Shown here: piece by piece, positions 1-10,279 of the stretch
Numbering within the stretch: the stretch's first letter is position 1
How the letters are laid out: each line of letters opens with the position of its first letter
Origin: an uncultured Alphaproteobacteria bacterium
GTDB lineage: Bacteria; Pseudomonadota; Alphaproteobacteria; Rs-D84; CACZYB01
DNA length: 60,330 bases
Assembly (NCBI GenBank): GCA_963544995.1
Contig: CAUUHH010000002.1
Location: 1-60,330, forward strand
Direction of reading: 5' to 3'
The notes under the pieces: model-generated
Told to the model about the DNA's origin: nothing
Databases searched by the model: none
What the model saw: only the letters and a program-made list of their open reading frames with translations
Program-made: the position numbers and the translations under genes

Positions 1-1
1 C

Positions 2-118
2 AGTTCAGCGACCAGTTTAACAACATCAGCAATATCAACAGATAAACTTAAAAAGCTGATAGAAGATATAAGACGTTGTAAACAAAGTGTATCAGGTCTA
101 GGTATTTTTGTGGATTAA
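2..118 (+). CDS. 3' end of unidentified upstream gene (partial)
   Basis: Frame 2 is open from the window edge to TAA 116-118 (...KLKKLIEDIRRCKQSVSGLGIFVD*) and is followed by a hairpin terminator. Product not recognisable. Confidence 0.3.
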   Translation, partial: SSATSLTTSAISTDKLKKLIEDIRRCKQSVSGLGIFVD

Positions 119-142
119 TTTAGTTATGCTAATCAATCATAT

Positions 143-170
143 AAAAGCCCTATATAGGGCTTTTATTTTT
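143..170 (+). terminator. Rho-independent terminator
   Basis: AAAAGCCC(143-150)-TATATA-GGGCTTTT(157-164) hairpin followed by a T-rich run. Confidence 0.75.
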
Positions 171-246
171 TATTACTATGTTTTAATTTAATTCTTGTAT
201 ATAAAAAATCTATACAGTATATTTCGATGCAATTAGGAAAAGGACG

Positions 247-1884
247 ATGACTAAATATATTTTTATAACTGGTGGTGTTGTTTCTTCTCTTGGAAAGGGT
301 ATCGCATCTGCTGCTATTGCTTCTTTATTACAATCTCGTGGATTTAGTATCAGACAAAGAAAAATGGATCCTTATTTAAATGTCGATCCAGGGACCATGT
401 CTCCATTCCAACATGGTGAAGTATTTGTAACTGATGATGGCGCAGAAACAGATTTAGATTTGGGTCATTATGAAAGATTTACCGGGGTATCATCTCATAA
501 AAGTGATAGTATTTCTGGTGGTAGGATTTATTGGAATGTTTTAAATAAGGAAAGAAAGGGTGAATATCTTGGCGCAACTGTTCAGGCAATACCTCATATA
601 ACAAATGAAGTTATAAATTTTATAAAATCTGATTTACATGACGAAGATTTTGTTATCTATGAAATTGGTGGCACAGTCGGCGATATGGAGGGTGTCCTAT
701 TCTTAGAAGGTATCAGACAATTTATGAATGAAGTAGGAAGAGAAAATGTTCTACTTATTCATTTAACATTGGTCCCATATATAAAAACGGCAGGTGAGGT
801 AAAAACAAAACCAACCCAACAATCTGTAAGGACATTATTGGAAAAAGGTTTATATCCTAACATAATATTATGCAGAAGTGATAATCTGATTCCAGAAAAT
901 GAAAAACGAAAAATTGCGATGTTCTGTAACGTAAAAACCGAAGATGTAATTTCTGCTCCTGATGTTGATAATATTTACAAAATTCCTATTGTATACCACA
1001 ACGAAGGATTAGATACAAGAATACTGAAATATTTTGATATAGATGAAAATAAAAATAAGGCAGATATTTCTAAATGGAAAGACATTGTATCAACTATACA
1101 AAATTTAGAACATAAAGTTACAATAGGTATTGTTGCAAAATATTGTGGATTTGCTGACGCATATAAATCATTAAATGAAGCTATCTATCATGCTGGTATT
1201 GCCAATAAAGCAAATATAAATATAAAATGGATTAATGCAGAGGAATTAGAAACATTAAATCAAAATAAAATAAAAGAAACTTTTTCTGATATAGATGGAA
1301 TTATAGTTGCTGGTGGTTTCGGTTATCGCGGTGTAGAGGGTAAAATTATAGCAGCAAATTATGCAAGAATTAATAATATACCTTATCTTGGTATCTGTTT
1401 AGGAATGCAGGTTGCTGTAATAGAAATGGCAAGGAATATTCTTGGAATAAAGGATGCTAATTCTACTGAATTTACAGATAAGTGTACACCTGTTGTATCA
1501 CTTATAACTGAGTGGGATAATAATGGAATTGTTGAAAAGCGAGATGTCGATACTGATAAAGGTGGTACTTTACGTTTAGGAAGCTATATATCAAAGCTTG
1601 AAAGAGCTTCTATCATCAGAAAGATTTATAATAATAGCGAAACTATCACAGAACGTCATAGACATAGATATGAAATAAATATAAAGTATGAAGATGAGTT
1701 GAAAAAACACGGTATAATTATAAGTGGGCATTCTATGGATGGAAAATTACCAGAAACGATTGAGATCCCATCACATAAATTTTTTGTTGCATGCCAATTT
1801 CATCCAGAATTTAAATCACGACCTTTTTCTCCTGCACCATTATTTGATGCTTTGATTAAGGTGTGTTTAAATAGCAAACAATAA
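247..1884 (+). CDS. pyrG: CTP synthase
   Basis: 545 aa. N-terminal 'FITGGVVSSLGKG' synthetase motif. C-terminal glutamine amidotransferase 'GICLGMQ' and 'HRHRYE'. Full length. Confidence 0.95.
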   Translation: MTKYIFITGGVVSSLGKGIASAAIASLLQSRGFSIRQRKMDPYLNVDPGTMSPFQHGEVFVTDDGAETDLDLGHYERFTGVSSHKSDSISGGRIYWNVLNKERKGEYLGATVQAIPHITNEVINFIKSDLHDEDFVIYEIGGTVGDMEGVLFLEGIRQFMNEVGRENVLLIHLTLVPYIKTAGEVKTKPTQQSVRTLLEKGLYPNIILCRSDNLIPENEKRKIAMFCNVKTEDVISAPDVDNIYKIPIVYHNEGLDTRILKYFDIDENKNKADISKWKDIVSTIQNLEHKVTIGIVAKYCGFADAYKSLNEAIYHAGIANKANINIKWINAEELETLNQNKIKETFSDIDGIIVAGGFGYRGVEGKIIAANYARINNIPYLGICLGMQVAVIEMARNILGIKDANSTEFTDKCTPVVSLITEWDNNGIVEKRDVDTDKGGTLRLGSYISKLERASIIRKIYNNSETITERHRHRYEINIKYEDELKKHGIIISGHSMDGKLPETIEIPSHKFFVACQFHPEFKSRPFSPAPLFDALIKVCLNSKQ

Positions 1885-1899
1885 TAAAGGAGACTAGAA

Positions 1900-2664
1900 A
1901 TGGATAATAAATTTGAAAAATATAAAATATTGAATGTTAATGTTCTATTATGTTGCTTCGTTGCAATATTTATATCTGCAAATTATTTTAATTTGAATAA
2001 AAATAGTAAAAAAATAAATGTAAGTGGAAATTGTGTTAAAAAAGTAAAAAAAGATAAATTTACTATGGATATAAATATAAAAAATTTAGCAAACGATTCT
2101 TCTACTGCTGTAACAAAATCTTTATCTACATATAAAATTATTGCTACAAAATTAAAGCTAATCCAAGATCAAATGGCTGGGACAATAGATATTGGAACCA
2201 GTGATTATTCTATAAGAGAAAAATATGAATATAACAGAAAATTAGAAAAAGATGTAAAGCAAGGTGTTGAAAGTATAATAGGACTTAAAATCGTAACATC
2301 AAATAATGAAGCTTTAGTTTCTATATTAAATGTTCTAAAAGATTACAAGGATGTTTATACAGATAATTTTGCAAACATAGCTTCAAATAATAATATTAAA
2401 ATAGCAAAAGAAGAATGTTTAAAAGAAGCAGTAATAGATGCAACTAGAAAAGCAAAGCAAATAGCAGATACATCAGGTCAAAAATTAGGTAAACTATTTA
2501 ATATATACATAAATTCCAACAGATATGAACCTGAAATGTATAAAGTTGCTAATCTAATGTTAGAGGAAAAAGCAGCATCATCAGATAGTGTACATTCTTC
2601 ATCTATATTCCAAGGTACAGAAAATGTTAACTTAACTGTTTCAGCAACTTTTGAATTAAACTAA
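1900..2664 (+). CDS. SIMPL/DUF541-like periplasmic or membrane-anchored protein
   Basis: 254 aa with an N-terminal hydrophobic anchor. The overall pattern ('KEECLKEAVIDATRKAKQIADTSGQKLGKL') resembles the BP26/Omp28 SIMPL family. RBS AAAGGAG upstream. Family call is by recall only. Confidence 0.5.
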   Translation: MDNKFEKYKILNVNVLLCCFVAIFISANYFNLNKNSKKINVSGNCVKKVKKDKFTMDINIKNLANDSSTAVTKSLSTYKIIATKLKLIQDQMAGTIDIGTSDYSIREKYEYNRKLEKDVKQGVESIIGLKIVTSNNEALVSILNVLKDYKDVYTDNFANIASNNNIKIAKEECLKEAVIDATRKAKQIADTSGQKLGKLFNIYINSNRYEPEMYKVANLMLEEKAASSDSVHSSSIFQGTENVNLTVSATFELN

Positions 2665-2746
2665 TATTAATTAATAGGAGAGGTAAAATATTCGAATTGC
2701 TATTTCAATATCTGTTGTATTTATCAACTGTGTTTGCAATTTATAA

Positions 2747-3892
<1,146 letters not shown>

Positions 3893-3904
3893 TAGAATAC
3901 AGAT

Positions 3905-4636
3905 TTATATTTTGGAATTATTAAATTTTTCTAAAATCCATTTTGGAATTTTTATTTCTTTAATAGAACCTATTTCTAGGTTCTTCAGATCGATCCCTGC
4001 ATATGAAATCCTGATTAATTTATTAACTTGATATCCAAGATATTTCATAACTTTTCTTATTTCTCGATTCTTTCCTTCTGTAAGTTTTACTGTAATCCAG
4101 GTATTTGAACCATATTCTTTATCTATACTAACATAAATTTTACCATAGTGAATACCATCAACAGTAATTCCATTTTTAAGTTTATTTAGATCTGATTTTT
4201 GAATATAACCATAAATCCTAACTTTATAGATTCTTTCAAATTTATTGTTTGGACTTTCCATAAATCTTTGAAATTCTCCATCATTTGTAAGAAGTAATAA
4301 TCCGGCCGAATTTAAATCCAATCTTCCAACAGAAACAAGTCTTCCATATTCTTTTGGAATATTTTCAAATACAGTCGGCCTTCCATATGAATCTTTATGC
4401 GAAGTAATAAGACCAACAGGTTTGTTATATATAAATAATTTTGTTTTTTCTTTGGTAGAGATTATTTTATTTTCAACTTCTATAATATCATTATCAGTTA
4501 CATTTAATGCAGGTGAAGAAATAACAACTCCATTTACTTTTACTAGTCTTGATTCTATTTTTTTTTCTGCATCTCGCCTTGAACAAAGACCACTTCTTGC
4601 AATAATTTTTGCAATTCTATTAGATTCTTTTTCCAT
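3905..4636 (-). CDS. rluB: 23S rRNA pseudouridine synthase, RsuA/RluB/E/F family
   Basis: 243 aa. N-terminal S4 domain ('RIAKIIARSGLCSRRDAEKKI') and catalytic 'GRLDLNSAGLLLLTNDGEF'. Confidence 0.8.
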   Translation of the reverse strand: MEKESNRIAKIIARSGLCSRRDAEKKIESRLVKVNGVVISSPALNVTDNDIIEVENKIISTKEKTKLFIYNKPVGLITSHKDSYGRPTVFENIPKEYGRLVSVGRLDLNSAGLLLLTNDGEFQRFMESPNNKFERIYKVRIYGYIQKSDLNKLKNGITVDGIHYGKIYVSIDKEYGSNTWITVKLTEGKNREIRKVMKYLGYQVNKLIRISYAGIDLKNLEIGSIKEIKIPKWILEKFNNSKI

Positions 4637-4639
4637 AAA

Positions 4640-5689
4640 TTAAACTTTCTTATTAACAAAAGATGAAATTATAAATAATAAATTGGATAATAAAATATCC
4701 TGAGGAATAACAGAAGTTTTAAATTTTATATCTAACAAATTAATTTCCATGATAATTTTCATTATTTTCGATGTATTCCAAAATCTTAGTTGCTTTTCAT
4801 AGCTAGGTTTCAATTTATAAAAAATAGCAGGTTTCGAATTATTTATTACCTCTATTACGCTTTTACCTTTTTCTACTTCTCCAGCTAAAATATATAAATT
4901 TTTAAAATGATTTAAAATTATTTTAAGCAGTTGTATCGGATTATATCCTTCATTTAATAATCTAGGTAAAATTGATGATAATTTTTTTGAATCTCCATCC
5001 GCAACAATAATTGGTAAATCATATAAATTTATACTGGATGAATCCATTATACAATTTTTTGCATCTTCAATTGTAACTTCATTTTTACCATATAAATAAA
5101 TAGATAACTTTTCTAATTCCATTCTGGTGGTAAGTCTGTCTTCACCAAGATGCTGTTTTAAAAACAACAAAACATCATCTGGAATCTTCCTTATTCCAGA
5201 TTTTACAAGAGTTTCTTTTATTAAATTAGATATGCTAAGGCCATCATCAAGATAATTTGCAAGTACAGCAAGTCTACTATTAGTTTCAAATAAAGTTCTA
5301 AGTTTTGATGACGGAGACAACTCCCCTGCTGATACAACCAATAATGCTTCTAATTTTTCATATTGCGATAATAAAGTTTTTATATGTACGGCCACATCAT
5401 CTGTGGCATCTTTTATCTTTATTATTTTTCTAACTGATAATAATGATATTGCAACAGCTTCATCCATTAATATAGATGGATTGCTTTTTATTTCTGTAGG
5501 ATCCAAATCAAATACAGAAAACCCATCATCAGTATTATTAGAAACAGTATCAACAGTTTCCTTAAAATGCTCTAACACTTGTCCTCTATCAGGACCATAA
5601 AATAATATCCCATCAATAGATTCAAATTTATGATTTTTTAAACTATTAAAATCAGATAACTTTAATTTTACCATATTATCTATTTTCAC
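4640..5689 (-). CDS. holA: DNA polymerase III delta subunit
   Basis: 349 aa with the 'ILFYGPDRGQ' clamp-loader-like N-terminus. Lies directly downstream of lptE as in many proteobacteria. The track start is GTG 5689; ATG at 5674 (MVKLKL...) is an alternative. Confidence 0.7.
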   Translation of the reverse strand: MKIDNMVKLKLSDFNSLKNHKFESIDGILFYGPDRGQVLEHFKETVDTVSNNTDDGFSVFDLDPTEIKSNPSILMDEAVAISLLSVRKIIKIKDATDDVAVHIKTLLSQYEKLEALLVVSAGELSPSSKLRTLFETNSRLAVLANYLDDGLSISNLIKETLVKSGIRKIPDDVLLFLKQHLGEDRLTTRMELEKLSIYLYGKNEVTIEDAKNCIMDSSSINLYDLPIIVADGDSKKLSSILPRLLNEGYNPIQLLKIILNHFKNLYILAGEVEKGKSVIEVINNSKPAIFYKLKPSYEKQLRFWNTSKIMKIIMEINLLDIKFKTSVIPQDILLSNLLFIISSFVNKKV

Positions 5690-6191
5690 TAAAATAAGTA
5701 ATTATTGCAAAGTAAATCTGTTGAGAAATATTTTCTATTACAAGATTTATTGCATCTTCCTTTAATACTTCTGTTGAAAATTGATTCTGCAAAACATTGT
5801 ATGTTGTATCAGCAACAGATGAAGTATCTAATAAAATGGAATAATCACTTTTCCTTTTTAACTTATATTGTGCTTCTAATTTAACTAAATACGATGATGT
5901 AGTTCCATCATTTTTTGTTGTATAACTAGTTATATTTGGTTTATTAATGTAAATTTCTAAAATATATTTTGGCGATTTTGATTTGCCATATGGTGATAAT
6001 TTAGAATATAACTTGTTTCTAAGTTCTATACCATTTCTCCCATCAAATCCCTCTATAGGAGGAATAACAATCTGTTCTGTTGCACTTGCTACATTATTAT
6101 AAACACTACTTGATTTATAAATAGGTTTAAAACCACAAGATGAAATAGAAAACACGACAAAAAGGTAAAATAAACTACTAATTTTTTTCAT
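5676..6191 (-). CDS. lptE: LPS-assembly lipoprotein LptE
   Basis: 171 aa. Lipobox 'SISSC' followed by 'GFKPIY'. Size and position upstream of holA fit LptE. Its start overlaps the aroK stop by 14 nt. Confidence 0.6.
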   Translation of the reverse strand: MKKISSLFYLFVVFSISSCGFKPIYKSSSVYNNVASATEQIVIPPIEGFDGRNGIELRNKLYSKLSPYGKSKSPKYILEIYINKPNITSYTTKNDGTTSSYLVKLEAQYKLKRKSDYSILLDTSSVADTTYNVLQNQFSTEVLKEDAINLVIENISQQIYFAIITYFSENR

Positions 6192-6723
6192 TTAAAAACC
6201 TTTCTAATTCATATAGAACTTTTTGAACAGTAATATATATTGGCTCATCTTTTGTCTCCACTATAATATCTGCTTTTTCATATACAGGATAGCGCTCATC
6301 TATAAGTTGCTTTAAAATACCATTTGGATTGTCATTAAGAAGTAATGGCCTAGTATCTTTTAAACTTGTTCGTTTAACTAATAAATTTAAATCTGCCTTT
6401 AACCAGATTGTAATTGCCTTTTCTTTTGTAATTTTTCTTACTTCATCTATTATAAATGCACCTTCTCCTGTCGATAATATTTTGGGCCTATTATCTGACA
6501 AAATTTTTTCTATAACTTTTAATTCAACACGTCTAAATTCCTTTTCTCCATAAAGTGAAAATATATCAACTACAGTACAACACGCAGATTTTTCTATTTC
6601 TATATCTGAGTCTACAAACTGCAAATTTAATTTCTTCGCAATTCTGCTACCGACTGAGGTTTTACCAGCTCCCATCAAGCCAACTATAACAACAGGTTTA
6701 TTTAAATTATCTAAAATATTCAT
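6178..6723 (-). CDS. aroK: Shikimate kinase
   Basis: 181 aa. Walker A 'GLMGAGKTSVG' and 'FVDSDIEIE'. Confidence 0.9.
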   Translation of the reverse strand: MNILDNLNKPVVIVGLMGAGKTSVGSRIAKKLNLQFVDSDIEIEKSACCTVVDIFSLYGEKEFRRVELKVIEKILSDNRPKILSTGEGAFIIDEVRKITKEKAITIWLKADLNLLVKRTSLKDTRPLLLNDNPNGILKQLIDERYPVYEKADIIVETKDEPIYITVQKVLYELERFLNEKN

Positions 6724-6848
6724 CTTAAAATCTCAGACAGTATACTAGCATCATCTAATACTTTTTCAAACTAAAAATATAATATAACTATATATTTACA
6801 AAAATTAAATTTAGTATAATATAATACAGTAATATACGAGGTGACAAA

Positions 6849-7199
6849 ATGACATTATTCGATAAATTTTTATCAAAAATGGAAAATGTTAAAATTGACA
6901 GAGTTAGTGCAGTTGTTGATATTGCAGCAAATTTAACACCATGGATAGTTGGTGGCGCTTGTGTATTATCAGGATGTTACGGCGTGGGAGCTTATTTAGC
7001 AGTGGATTTTGCAAAATCACTTACAGATAATTTAAAAAAAGCTGAACTAATTTCTGATCCCGTAAAAGATTGGTATATAGCAATAGGGAATGAATTAGTA
7101 GAAGAAACAGACTATACAAAAAATCAAAATAAAAAATATGGCAAAATAAGTGACGAAAATTCAATACTAGCAATCTATAAAAGTATATACGAAAAATAA
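6849..7199 (+). CDS. Hypothetical small membrane protein
   Basis: 116 aa with one hydrophobic segment ('TPWIVGGACVLSGCYGVGAYLAV'). RBS GAGGTG upstream. No recognisable family. Confidence 0.4.
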   Translation: MTLFDKFLSKMENVKIDRVSAVVDIAANLTPWIVGGACVLSGCYGVGAYLAVDFAKSLTDNLKKAELISDPVKDWYIAIGNELVEETDYTKNQNKKYGKISDENSILAIYKSIYEK

Positions 7200-7253
7200 A
7201 ATTAACATTATCAAAATAATTTTTATGCTATTACTAAAAAATATTACAAATAA

Positions 7254-8594
7254 TTAATTAAGTGGAAATTTTATAGTAACCATCAATCCGCCAAGCTTAT
7301 TGCTATCTCCAAGAATTATATCTCCATTGTTTTGGTGTATTATATCTTGAACAATAGATAGACCAAGTCCAATCCCAGAAACATTATTGTCCGATTTCAG
7401 TTTTACAAACGGTTTAAATACTTCATTTCTCATACTTTCTGGTATTCCATTTCCATTATCTTCAATATTTATAATTATCTCATCAATAGTTTTTGATATA
7501 GAAACTATAATTTTTTTATTTCCATATCTAATTGCATTAATTAATATATGATTAATAGCTTTTTCAAATGCAAAAGACCTTACATTATAAAAATAATCTG
7601 CCTTTGATATAAATTTTATTTCAAAACTACCTTTGTTAAATTTACTAACCAACCTTTTTAAGGTTTGAGTTAAATTAATCTTCCTTGGTATTTCATTTTC
7701 AATTCCCTTAGAAAACTCTAAATAATTATCTATTATTTTCTCCATATATGAAATATCATCCAATAAAGCAAATTGCAGATTCTTATCTTCTGCAAATTCT
7801 AGCTCTAATTTCATATGGGTAAGAGGATCTTTCAAATCATTGGATATCGATGTTAGCATGCTTGTCCTAGAATTCATTAAACTTTGCATTTTGTCATATG
7901 TTTTTAAAAATGCTTTCCCAGCTTTTCTAATTTGCACTGCCCCAGTAGGCTTAAACCAAGATATGTCCATTCCCTTACCTGCAAAAACTATCACCCTAGT
8001 AAGTTTTTTTATAGACGATAATTGCCCTTTGATAAAAGGAATTATAAATAAGATGAAAATAACAGAACTAGATAATATCCATATAAAAAATATATAAAAT
8101 GTTTTTGAAAAAACAGAAGATAATGAAGACCTAATACTCAAAATTCCATCAGGATACTGTATATTTATATTTAATGAATTTGTTTTTTCATCAGCTTCAA
8201 GAGAATATGGTTTACCCAAATTTTGATTCAAAAATCTGTATACATATTTAAGTGATAATTTTGTAAGATGCTTAGAATTTCTTTTTTTAGATATTTTTGC
8301 ATCTTTTATCCATTCTAAATCCATAAAAAAATTTTTTTTCGCAATATTTTCTATCTCTTCATTAATAGATTTAGAGGTATTATTTGCTTTAAGATCAACA
8401 ATTGTAAGGACATTTCCAGCAAAGGTAATTGCACTTTGATTTGTTATATTCTTCCAATGTCTTTGATAAAAGATATAACCTGTTAAAAATTGAGAAACAA
8501 TTATTGGAAAAATTATCAGCAAGAAAAATCTAGCAGTAATTCCCTTTGGAAAATATGTTTTCAACGTTAAATATTTTTTTAATTGATAATACAT
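7254..8594 (-). CDS. EnvZ-like sensor histidine kinase with degenerate H-box (His->Asn)
   Basis: Two TM segments and a HAMP-like region. Intact N box ('INAIRYG'), G1 ('EDNGNGIP'), F ('FKPFV') and G2 ('GIGLGLSIV'). The H-box reads 'SISNDLKDPLT'. ATG 8594 is preferred over the track's TTG at 8609. Confidence 0.8.
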   Translation of the reverse strand: MYYQLKKYLTLKTYFPKGITARFFLLIIFPIIVSQFLTGYIFYQRHWKNITNQSAITFAGNVLTIVDLKANNTSKSINEEIENIAKKNFFMDLEWIKDAKISKKRNSKHLTKLSLKYVYRFLNQNLGKPYSLEADEKTNSLNINIQYPDGILSIRSSLSSVFSKTFYIFFIWILSSSVIFILFIIPFIKGQLSSIKKLTRVIVFAGKGMDISWFKPTGAVQIRKAGKAFLKTYDKMQSLMNSRTSMLTSISNDLKDPLTHMKLELEFAEDKNLQFALLDDISYMEKIIDNYLEFSKGIENEIPRKINLTQTLKRLVSKFNKGSFEIKFISKADYFYNVRSFAFEKAINHILINAIRYGNKKIIVSISKTIDEIIINIEDNGNGIPESMRNEVFKPFVKLKSDNNVSGIGLGLSIVQDIIHQNNGDIILGDSNKLGGLMVTIKFPLN

Positions 8595-8658
8595 AACACC
8601 ACCACACAAATATCAACAAGATATTAAATTGTAATAAATATTATGTAAACAAGTAATT

Positions 8659-9495
8659 TTATTTTTCTTTAAAAGGTAATATTTCATACTGCCCATCAGG
8701 AATTTTATAATCTTCACTGCAAACACCGTTTTCACATTCACCATGTTTTAAATTTATAATTGTATCATCTGTATTTTTAAATTTAAATAATACATAACCA
8801 AATTGACCACCATCATTATTATAAGAATTGTCAATTCCAACAGAATAATATGCTCCCATTATTCCATAATCCAAATCTACGTAATCAACATTATACATAT
8901 TTGATACAAATACAGGTAAATCAGTATTAAACTTACATGTATAATAATTGTCTTTAATAACTGGTTGTTTGTGCCTAGAAATTTCAAGCTTATTCTTAGA
9001 TGTAGTACAAAGAGATTTTAATCCATTGGCATAAACATCATATAAAAAATCAAAACGAATACTTTTTAAATTTTTTGAAAATTTAACACTTGAAATAGTA
9101 AGTGATGGCATATTTACAACAGCTGCAGTTCCAGCACCAATATTCATTCCAAACTTAAGTCCATTAAATTTACAAATTCTGGTATTTTCATCTGCTTCAC
9201 ACAAATAAACTTTTGTTTTATCATTAACATAAAGTAAATTAGTTATCTGATTAAAAATAGATGAATCAGTAACTCTATCTGTTAACTCAGAACATCCTTT
9301 TCGTCTACATACAACAAAAGGTCTATTTTTAAAGTTTGCCCCTGGGTTATTTGCTTTACGAGTTGGAACAGCAGCCTTTTGCAAAGGTGCTTTCTTATCC
9401 TCAAATAAATCACCAAAAAATCCCGCATTAACATTTAAGGTAAATACAAAAGAATAAAAAACAAAGCCAAGAACTAAAAATACAGATTTTTTCAT
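8659..9495 (-). CDS. Hypothetical secreted protein (8 Cys)
   Basis: Signal peptide 'MKKSVFLVLGFVFYSFVFTLNVNA' begins at ATG 9495, with SD GAGAGGA 5 nt upstream. The track start 9522 adds 9 non-signal residues. No family recognised. Confidence 0.5.
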   Translation of the reverse strand: MKKSVFLVLGFVFYSFVFTLNVNAGFFGDLFEDKKAPLQKAAVPTRKANNPGANFKNRPFVVCRRKGCSELTDRVTDSSIFNQITNLLYVNDKTKVYLCEADENTRICKFNGLKFGMNIGAGTAAVVNMPSLTISSVKFSKNLKSIRFDFLYDVYANGLKSLCTTSKNKLEISRHKQPVIKDNYYTCKFNTDLPVFVSNMYNVDYVDLDYGIMGAYYSVGIDNSYNNDGGQFGYVLFKFKNTDDTIINLKHGECENGVCSEDYKIPDGQYEILPFKEK

Positions 9496-9631
9496 ATTGT
9501 TCCTCTCAAACTCCATAGACAATTTAATAACACTATTAAATCATAAAGTCTATAACGAATTTTGAAAATTTCTTTCCTTGCATATATAGCATATTTTATA
9601 GTATTATATACAAAAATTACAAGGACATATT

Positions 9632-10279
9632 ATGGATATTATTTTATCAAGTTTAACTGGAAATTTGCATGCAAGTTATTTTAAAAACGATAATCCAAAA
9701 GCTCCTATCGCAGTAGTATTTCATGATATCCCAGAAAATAACGGTAATATGAATGAAAAAGTAAATTATACAATATTTTATTCATTAATAAAAAATGGTT
9801 TTTCTGTTATAAGATTTGATTTTAAAGGTTGTGGCAAAAGTAAAGGTACTTTCGAAAATGGTGAGCAAGAATTAATTGATGCATCAACAGTAATAGATTA
9901 TATACAATCAAAACATGAGGAAGCGTCAGAATTTTGGCTTGCTGGTGTTGGCTTTGGAGCTTGGGTAGCTATGCAAATTTTAATGAGAAGGATAGAAATA
10001 ACTAATTATATAGCTGTCTCTCCATATCCAAAAAAATATGATTATAATTTCTTTTCTACTCCACAATGCAATGGCGTTGTAATAGGTGCATCAAATGATG
10101 AAGTTATAAAAGAAGATAATCTAAAACAACTAGTATCTAATCTAAACAAATCTAAATATGGTAAAGTAGATTATATCTCTATAAAAAATGCATCGCATAA
10201 TTATATTGGAAAATTAAATGAATTATATAATTATATAACAAAATATATAAAAAAGAATTTAAAACCTATAAATCAATAA
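9632..10279 (+). CDS. Alpha/beta-hydrolase-fold protein, nucleophile elbow degenerate
   Basis: 215 aa. Pattern 'RFDFKGCGKSKG...LAGVGFGAW...SNDEV...ASHNY' matches the small bacterial alpha/beta hydrolase family (normally 'AGFSFGA'). Confidence 0.7.
   Translation: MDIILSSLTGNLHASYFKNDNPKAPIAVVFHDIPENNGNMNEKVNYTIFYSLIKNGFSVIRFDFKGCGKSKGTFENGEQELIDASTVIDYIQSKHEEASEFWLAGVGFGAWVAMQILMRRIEITNYIAVSPYPKKYDYNFFSTPQCNGVVIGASNDEVIKEDNLKQLVSNLNKSKYGKVDYISIKNASHNYIGKLNELYNYITKYIKKNLKPINQ

Noticed and set aside
5676-6723. Broken leuS-lptE-holA synteny (aroK precedes lptE here; leuS is 8 kb away) as a rearrangement signal.
   Set aside because: Gene-order shuffling is common in reduced genomes. The overlapping aroK-lptE-holA junctions look like a normal compact operon. 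Nothing functional can be inferred.
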